DNA from: Candidatus Alloenteromonas pullicola
GTDB taxonomy: Bacteria > Bacillota_I > Bacilli_A > RFN20 > CAG-826
DNA: 58,044 nt
Direction of reading: 5' to 3'
Assembly: GCA_018714785.1 (NCBI GenBank)
Contig: DVMV01000014.1
Location: 1 to 58,044 of the forward strand
Shown here: piece after piece, positions 52,501 through 58,044 of the stretch
Numbering within the stretch: position 1 is the first letter of the stretch
Layout: each line of letters starts with the position of its first letter
Notes under the pieces: generated by a model
Seen by the model: the letters and a program-made list of their open reading frames with translations, nothing else
What the model was told of the DNA's origin: nothing
Databases searched by the model: none
Made by a program: the position numbers and the translations under genes

Positions 52501-52531
52501 AAAGAAGGCGAGCTTCGCGGCTCGCCTTTTT
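52500..52531. terminator. Bidirectional terminator after rpoC
   Basis: AAAAGAA-GGCGAGC-ttcgcg-GCTCGCC-TTTTT, between convergent genes. Confidence 0.75.
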
Positions 52532-52538
52532 CCTTGCC

Positions 52539-53060
52539 TCACCTTCCCGGGTCGAAGCTCAGGAAGCAGGTTATCATGCGGAGGTCCGGCCGACCCGACT
52601 GCCTCCCGGAGAGGACGTAATAGACGGCGTAGGCCTCCTCGCCATCATCGGGCCAGTGCGGCGTGAACGTCTCGTCGAACACCTTGCCTTCGGCCTGCGT
52701 TTCGTTGACCGGCAAGAAGATATCCTCCGGGAAGACGAATTCCGGGATGTCGGAGCAGGGGACAGGGGAGAAGAACCCTTTTCCGACGCTCAGCGGCTCG
52801 ACCACGACGTGGTGGAGCTTCCCATCCGCGTCGAAGTAGGCGTTGGCCGTCTCCCCGGGGAGGATGTAGTCCGTCCTCTTCCCGCCTTCCTTCCCGATGT
52901 AGGCCGGCACCTCGGACAGGTCGAATGGCTGGTAGATGGAAAAGGAGTAGTCCTCGTTCTGGACTATCTCTATCCGATACGGCACCCTGGTGAGCCCATT
53001 CGACGAGCAGGAGGCGGCCATTGGCAGCAATGCCAACAGCAGCGATGTGGATCTTTTCAT
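52539..53060 (-). CDS. Small lipoprotein, function unknown
   Basis: The track ORF extends to 53168. I prefer ATG 53060, behind AGGAGG: MKRSTSLLLALLPMAASC..., a signal peptide with a lipobox Cys. 173 aa. Confidence 0.7.
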   Translation of the reverse strand: MKRSTSLLLALLPMAASCSSNGLTRVPYRIEIVQNEDYSFSIYQPFDLSEVPAYIGKEGGKRTDYILPGETANAYFDADGKLHHVVVEPLSVGKGFFSPVPCSDIPEFVFPEDIFLPVNETQAEGKVFDETFTPHWPDDGEEAYAVYYVLSGRQSGRPDLRMITCFLSFDPGR

Positions 53061-53245
53061 AAAGCTCGTCCTCCTTTGTTCGGCGAAAATGTGTTTCCGC
53101 CCCTTTATATTCAAACTATATGTCCGGATCGCTTTTTTTGCAATCCGCCCATTCCTTGGCCGCGGCAAAGCGCCTGGAGGTGGGGCGACCCGCCTTTTCT
53201 CGTCCTCTTTTACTTAAGGCGAAAAGCAGGATAGACTACTTCCTA

Positions 53246-54727
53246 ATGAAGAGAAGGTCGCTGCTAATCCCATTGTGCCTGCTGCTATGCGGCTGCAAAG
53301 AGCCGGTCTTTTCGCAATCTCCGATCGACCCATCGTTTGAGCCGGTGCAGGGGGAGGGGTATTATCGCCCGTCCTCTTTCCTAAGCATCGACACCGCCTC
53401 GGGAGAGATAGACGTCTCCTCCAGGCAGAAGGCCGTAGAGCTGTCCTCGACTTCCGCCGATAAGAAGTACGCCATCCCCTCGACCGGAAAGGTCCCCTTG
53501 CTGGTGATCCCGGTTGGGTTCTCCGGCTCGGGCGAGGTCGACGTGGGGGCGATAGAAGACGCCTTCTTCGGGGGCGAGGGCTCGACTTCCTATTACTCGG
53601 TCGCCGAATACTACTACCTATCATCCGGGAAGCGGCTCTCGCTATATGGGTACGTGTGCGACCGGTTCTACCCGTGCCGTTATGATCTGGAGCATCTTAG
53701 CGGCCTAAACGGGGGAACCGCCTGCAAGAACGCCCTTTCCGCCATCTACGTTGATGCCATGTCCTGGGTGGAGGAGAACTACCCCGACTATTACCAGGCC
53801 ATGGGCGAGTTCTACGGCGAGGACCCGATACCGGCCTATTTCCTTTACGACGCCCCCTATTCGGGGATGGACGGCGGAATGGCGGACCGCTCGTCGATGC
53901 TTTGGGCCTTCTCGATCAACTCGCCCGCCCCGGTAAGCTGGTCCTCGCTATACATGATGGGCGATTCGATAGACCCCCATACCTACATCCACGAGACCGG
54001 GCACCTTCTGGGGCTATCCGACTACTACGACACCGTCGACTCCTCCTTCCTGCATAGCCCCTTGGGCCGGATGGACATGATGGACTGCTCCCTCGGCGAC
54101 CACAACGCCTTCTCAAAGATGCTGCTTGGCTGGGGGATGCCCTTCGTTGCCACTTCTAGCTGCGAGATAACCATCCATCAATCTGAGCTCAACAACGAGA
54201 TGATCCTGCTCTCCCCCGATTGGAACGGCACCCCATACGACGAATACGTCCTATTGGAGCTATACACCCCGAGCCTATTGAACGCCGACGACGCCTATTC
54301 GGGCAGAAGCGATGGGGCGAGGCTTTTCGGGAGGCCCGGGATCAAGGCGTACCGGGTGGACGCGAGGCTTGGGGCATATGAGAACAACAAGCTGCTGGGC
54401 GAGGTCGGCCCCAATATGGTGACTGATGGCAAGTCGATAGACTACCTCAACGACAACTCGCTCTCTTCGCCTTACCTGATCCAGCTGCTCGACAAGGAGT
54501 CCGGCAGCGCCACATTGCCAAGCTACTACGTCGCCGGCGATTCTCCAAAGGACTTCGATGAAGGCGGCAGGGCGATGCACCAGTCCGAATCGCTTTTCTA
54601 CGAGGGCGATGGGATTGGGGGATCCGCGTTCTCGGACCTATCCTTCAGCTATGGCGAGTTCCCGATAAGCTTCGAGGTGGCGAGCCTCACCTCGACGACC
54701 GCGACCATCCAGATCGAGTTCAAATAA
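53246..54727 (+). CDS. Lipoprotein zinc metalloprotease, M6 (immune-inhibitor-A)-like
   Basis: The track ORF starts at 53120. I prefer ATG 53246: MKRRSLLIPLCLLLCGC (lipobox). The HExxH site is HTYIHETGHLLGLSDYYD. The N-terminal VPLLVIPVGF...YYSVAEYYYLSSGK resembles the M6 domain. 493 aa. Confidence 0.8.
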   Translation: MKRRSLLIPLCLLLCGCKEPVFSQSPIDPSFEPVQGEGYYRPSSFLSIDTASGEIDVSSRQKAVELSSTSADKKYAIPSTGKVPLLVIPVGFSGSGEVDVGAIEDAFFGGEGSTSYYSVAEYYYLSSGKRLSLYGYVCDRFYPCRYDLEHLSGLNGGTACKNALSAIYVDAMSWVEENYPDYYQAMGEFYGEDPIPAYFLYDAPYSGMDGGMADRSSMLWAFSINSPAPVSWSSLYMMGDSIDPHTYIHETGHLLGLSDYYDTVDSSFLHSPLGRMDMMDCSLGDHNAFSKMLLGWGMPFVATSSCEITIHQSELNNEMILLSPDWNGTPYDEYVLLELYTPSLLNADDAYSGRSDGARLFGRPGIKAYRVDARLGAYENNKLLGEVGPNMVTDGKSIDYLNDNSLSSPYLIQLLDKESGSATLPSYYVAGDSPKDFDEGGRAMHQSESLFYEGDGIGGSAFSDLSFSYGEFPISFEVASLTSTTATIQIEFK

Positions 54728-54734
54728 AAAACAA

Positions 54735-54764
54735 TTGACTTGGGGCCCTCCCCTTGACTATACT
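54735..54764 (+). promoter_or_regulatory. Promoter of the str operon (rpsL-rpsG-fusA-tuf)
   Basis: TTGACT (54735-54740), an 18-nt spacer, then TATACT (54759-54764), followed by a leader of about 100 nt with two hairpins. Confidence 0.5.
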
Positions 54765-54867
54765 TTCGCCCGGACGTGAATAGAGGGCTTTGCGCCCTTC
54801 TATTTACCCCGGCGGTTGATACGCCGGGAAATGTGTGCTTAGAAAGAACAAGGAGAATCAAGCCAAA

Positions 54868-55287
54868 ATGCCAACAATCAACCAACTAGTTAGGCAAGGT
54901 CGCGCCTCCGTGGTCAAGAAGTCCAAGAGCCCTGCGCTCGGCAAAAGGTGGAACTCGTTGACCAAGAGGGCCTCCAATCAGCCTTCCGCCCAGAAGCGGG
55001 GCGTCTGCACCCGTGTGGGCACCATGACCCCGAAGAAGCCGAACTCGGCTCTTAGGAAGTACGCCCGTGTGCGCCTTTCCAACGGTTACGAAGTCACCGC
55101 CTACATCGGCGGCGAGGGACATAACCTCCAGGAGCACTCGACCGTCATGATCCGCGGCGGCCGCGTCAAGGACCTCCCTGGCGTCCGTTACCACATCATC
55201 CGCGGATGCCTTGACTGCGCCGGGATCGAAGCCCGCCGCCAGGGCCGCTCCCTCTACGGCACCAAGAAGCCGAAGGAATCTAAGTAA
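54868..55287 (+). CDS. rpsL: 30S ribosomal protein S12
   Basis: The track ORF starts at 54835. The real start is ATG 54868 ([12 protein letters not shown]...). 139 aa; close to the Bacillus S12, including ...[14 protein letters not shown]... Confidence 0.98.
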   Translation: MPTINQLVRQGRASVVKKSKSPALGKRWNSLTKRASNQPSAQKRGVCTRVGTMTPKKPNSALRKYARVRLSNGYEVTAYIGGEGHNLQEHSTVMIRGGRVKDLPGVRYHIIRGCLDCAGIEARRQGRSLYGTKKPKESK

Positions 55288-55298
55288 GGAGAACAACC

Positions 55299-55769
55299 AT
55301 GCCAAGGAAAGGTTCAGTCGAGAAGCGGGACGTCCTGCCAGACCCCGTTTACAATTCCAAGCTGGTCACCCGCCTCATCAACCGCGTCATGTACGACGGC
55401 AAGAGGGGAACTGCCCAGACCATCATCTACAAGGCCTTCAAGCAGATCGAGGAGAAGACCGGCAAGCCGGCGATCGACGTGTTCGCCACCGCCGTCAACA
55501 ACATCATGCCTGAGGTCGAGCTCAAGGTCCGCCGCATCGGCGCCGCCAACTACCAGGTCCCGGTCGAGGTCAGCCCCGAGAGGAAGCAGACCCTTGGGCT
55601 GCGCTGGCTGGTCACCTATGCCCGCCTCCGTGGCGAGAAGACCATGGAGAACAAGCTGGCCGCCGAGATCATCGACGCCGCCAACGGAACCGGCGCCTCT
55701 GTCAAGAAGAAGGAAGACGTCCACAAGATGGCCGAGGCCAACAAGGCCTATGCCCACTACCGCTGGTAA
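55299..55769 (+). CDS. rpsG: 30S ribosomal protein S7
   Basis: 156 aa; [28 protein letters not shown]... Confidence 0.98.
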   Translation: MPRKGSVEKRDVLPDPVYNSKLVTRLINRVMYDGKRGTAQTIIYKAFKQIEEKTGKPAIDVFATAVNNIMPEVELKVRRIGAANYQVPVEVSPERKQTLGLRWLVTYARLRGEKTMENKLAAEIIDAANGTGASVKKKEDVHKMAEANKAYAHYRW

Positions 55770-55793
55770 TTAGGGGAAAGAGAGGAGTCCTTT

Positions 55794-57890
55794 ATGGCTG
55801 AAAACGAAAACGTCATCGCCGAGACCGCTAACTACGATCTCCCCCATACCCGCAACATCGGCATCATGGCCCACATCGACGCCGGAAAGACCACCACGAC
55901 CGAGCGCATCCTCTACTACACCGGACGCACCCACAAGATCGGCGAGGTCCACGAAGGCACCGCGACGATGGACTGGATGGAAGAGGAGCAGGAGAGGGGC
56001 ATCACCATCACCTCCTCCGCCACCACCTGCTTCTGGAAGGGCAACCGCTTCAACATCATCGACACCCCGGGGCACGTCGACTTCACCGTCGAGGTCGAGC
56101 GTTCCCTCCGCGTCCTTGACGGCGCGGTCACCGTCCTCGACTCCAAAAACGGCGTCGAGCCGCAGACCGAGACCGTCTGGCGCCAGGGCACCAAGTACAA
56201 CGTCCCGCGCATAGTCTTCTGCAACAAGATGGACGCCACCGGCGCCGACTTCGACATGTGCGTCGCTTCCCTCCACGAGAGGCTCGCCGCCAACGCCGCC
56301 GCCATCCAGTGCCCGATCGGCAAGGAGAGCAACTTCAAGGGCTGCATCGACGTCATCGAGCGCAAGTCCTACCTCTATGGCGACGACAAGAACGACGCCC
56401 CGGCCGAGGGGCCCGTCCCCGAGGAATACAAGGCCAAGGTCGAGGAGTACCGTTCGATCCTCCTCGAGAAGCTAGCCGCCTTCGACGATGACCTCATGAT
56501 GATGGTCCTCGAAGGGGAGGAGGTCCCGTCCGACCTCATCAAGAAGACCATCCGCAAAGCCGTCTTGACCGGTACTTTCTTCCCGGTCCTCTGCGGATCC
56601 GCCTACAAGAACAAGTGCATCCAGCCGCTTCTTGACGCGGTCGTCGATTACCTGCCGTCCCCGCTCGACATCCCGGGCGAGAAGGGCGAGCTCAACGGCG
56701 AACCATACGTCTGCGAAGCCGCCGACAACAAGCCGTTCGTCGGCCTGGCCTTCAAGATCGCCACCGATCCGTTCATCGGCCGCCTTGCCTACGTCCGCGT
56801 TTACCAGGGCGTCCTCAAGTCCGGCTCCTATGTCCTCAACTCGAGCCGCGGCAACAAGGAGCGCATCGCCCGCTTGGTGCTCATGCACGCCAACCACCGC
56901 CAGGAAGTGGAGCTGCTCCACGCCGGCGAGATCGGCGCCATCGTCGGCTTGAAGTCGACCACCACCGGCGACACCCTCACCGACGAGAGCGAACCCGTCG
57001 TCCTTGAGAACCTCGTCTTCCCCGAGCCAGTCCTCGAGGAGGCCGTCGAGCCCAAGACCAAAGGCGACCAGGAGAAGATGTCGATCGCCCTCACCAAGCT
57101 GGCTGAGGAAGACCCGACCTTCCGCGTCCACACCGACCCAGATTCCGGACAGACCATCATCGCCGGCGTCGGCGAGCTGCAGCTAGACGTCCTCGTCGAG
57201 CGCATGCGCCGCGAATTCAAGGTCGAGGTCAACGTCGGCGCCCCGCAGGTCAACTACCGCGAGACCATCCGCAAGACCGGCGAGGCCGAAGGCCGCTACA
57301 TCAAGCAGACCGGCGGACACGGCCAATACGGCGACGTCTGGATCCGCTTCGAGCCCAACCCGGGCAAGGGATTCGAGTTCGTCGACGCCATCGTCGGCGG
57401 CGCGGTCCCGAAGGAATTCATCAAGCCGACCCAGCAAGGGCTTGAGGATGCCCTCTCCCGCGGCGTCATCGCCGGCTATCCGATGATCGATGTCAAGGCG
57501 ACCCTATTCGACGGGTCCTACCACGACGTCGACTCCTCCGAAGCCGCCTACAAAGTCGCCGCCTCGATGGCCCTTAAGGCCGCTGCGCCGAAGTGCGATC
57601 CGGTCCTTCTCGAGCCCATCATGAAGGTTGAGGTCACCGTCCCCGACCAGTACTACGGCGACGTCATCGGCGATATCGCCCGCCGCCGTGGCAACATGAC
57701 CGGCGAGACCCAGCGCGGCAACGCCAAGCAGATCGACGCCGAGATCCCGCTGGCCGAGATGTTCGGCTACGTCACCGACCTCCGCTCCCTCACCCAGGGC
57801 CGCGGCAACTTCACGATGACCTTCGACCACTACGGCGAATGCCCGCGCTTCATCCAGGACGCCGTCGTCAAGAAGGCTTCCGGGAAGTAA
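55794..57890 (+). CDS. fusA: Elongation factor G
   Basis: 698 aa; ...[21 protein letters not shown]..., [12 protein letters not shown]. Confidence 0.98.
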   Translation: MAENENVIAETANYDLPHTRNIGIMAHIDAGKTTTTERILYYTGRTHKIGEVHEGTATMDWMEEEQERGITITSSATTCFWKGNRFNIIDTPGHVDFTVEVERSLRVLDGAVTVLDSKNGVEPQTETVWRQGTKYNVPRIVFCNKMDATGADFDMCVASLHERLAANAAAIQCPIGKESNFKGCIDVIERKSYLYGDDKNDAPAEGPVPEEYKAKVEEYRSILLEKLAAFDDDLMMMVLEGEEVPSDLIKKTIRKAVLTGTFFPVLCGSAYKNKCIQPLLDAVVDYLPSPLDIPGEKGELNGEPYVCEAADNKPFVGLAFKIATDPFIGRLAYVRVYQGVLKSGSYVLNSSRGNKERIARLVLMHANHRQEVELLHAGEIGAIVGLKSTTTGDTLTDESEPVVLENLVFPEPVLEEAVEPKTKGDQEKMSIALTKLAEEDPTFRVHTDPDSGQTIIAGVGELQLDVLVERMRREFKVEVNVGAPQVNYRETIRKTGEAEGRYIKQTGGHGQYGDVWIRFEPNPGKGFEFVDAIVGGAVPKEFIKPTQQGLEDALSRGVIAGYPMIDVKATLFDGSYHDVDSSEAAYKVAASMALKAAAPKCDPVLLEPIMKVEVTVPDQYYGDVIGDIARRRGNMTGETQRGNAKQIDAEIPLAEMFGYVTDLRSLTQGRGNFTMTFDHYGECPRFIQDAVVKKASGK

Positions 57891-57907
57891 GCCAATACTA
57901 GTAAGTA

Positions 57908-57936
57908 TTGTCAAAGAAATTCGCTTGATTTATCAT
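57908..57936 (+). promoter_or_regulatory. Possible secondary promoter for tuf
   Basis: TTGTCA (57908-57913), a 17-nt spacer, then TATCAT (57931-57936), in the 90-nt fusA-tuf spacer. Confidence 0.35.
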
Positions 57937-57980
57937 TATCGAGCCAACGAAATCTGAACCATTTTTGGAGGAAATAGCAA

Positions 57981-58044
57981 ATGGCAAAAGAAAAGTTCAA
58001 CCGTGACCGCGTGCACATCAACGTCGGCACCATCGGCCACGTCG
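57981..58044 (+). CDS. tuf: Elongation factor Tu, first 21 codons (runs off the right edge)
   Basis: MAKEKFNRDRVHINVGTIGHV..., behind GGAGG. Confidence 0.95.
   Translation, partial: MAKEKFNRDRVHINVGTIGHV

Overview
This window is chromosomal core DNA from a monoderm bacterium that uses the standard genetic code. Coding regions are GC-rich with G/C-biased third codon positions, and the spacers are AT-rich. Gene order is Bacillus-like (Bacillota/Bacilli-like lineage).

Contents from left to right:
- A partial membrane protein, a P-loop kinase, and an orphan kinase-like ORF coupled to prs.
- A queuosine salvage cluster, queT-tgt-queA-queH, behind a candidate preQ1-I riboswitch.
- The complete S10-spc-alpha ribosomal super-operon (rpsJ to rplQ), including secY, adk, map, infA and an rpmJ that the ORF track misses. 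There is no rpmD.
- Two tandem fused NBD-FtsX (MacB-like) ABC proteins.
- A minus-strand operon of a CBS-pair protein plus a NatA/NatB-like ABC-2 exporter.
- A 3' relic of a heliorhodopsin gene with its terminator.
- A hydC-hydB-hydA (NuoE/NuoF-type) [FeFe]-hydrogenase operon.
- HAD phosphatase, cysS, an MgtC-family protein, rlmB, a sigH-like sigma factor, and rpmG-secE-nusG.
- A roughly 3.8-kb insertion carrying an orphan ORF, a YfcE-like phosphoesterase, and an ArsR/SmtB repressor with a P1B-2 metal ATPase.
- rplK-rplA-rplJ-rplL, a ybxB-like methyltransferase, rpoB and rpoC.
- Two lipoproteins, one of them an M6-like metalloprotease.
- rpsL-rpsG-fusA and the first 21 codons of tuf.

I saw no rRNA, tRNA, CRISPR array, transposase or integrase.

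The most noteworthy observations are:
- the heliorhodopsin TM7 relic at 28.2-28.4 kb;
- a natural Cys-to-Ser change in the HydA proton-relay motif (TSCSPGW);
- long low-complexity extensions on several ribosomal proteins (L22, S5, L16, S17, S3);
- an asymmetric pair of MacB-like fused ABC proteins where Firmicutes usually carry ecfA-ecfA'-ecfT;
- a CBS protein with a HEPN-like Rx4H motif;
- a triple palindromic ArsR/SmtB operator;
- back-to-back extended -10 promoters that imply leaderless mRNAs.

I did not find a clear-cut new multi-gene system. All homology statements come from reading the sequence and from memory of protein families, and they need database confirmation.
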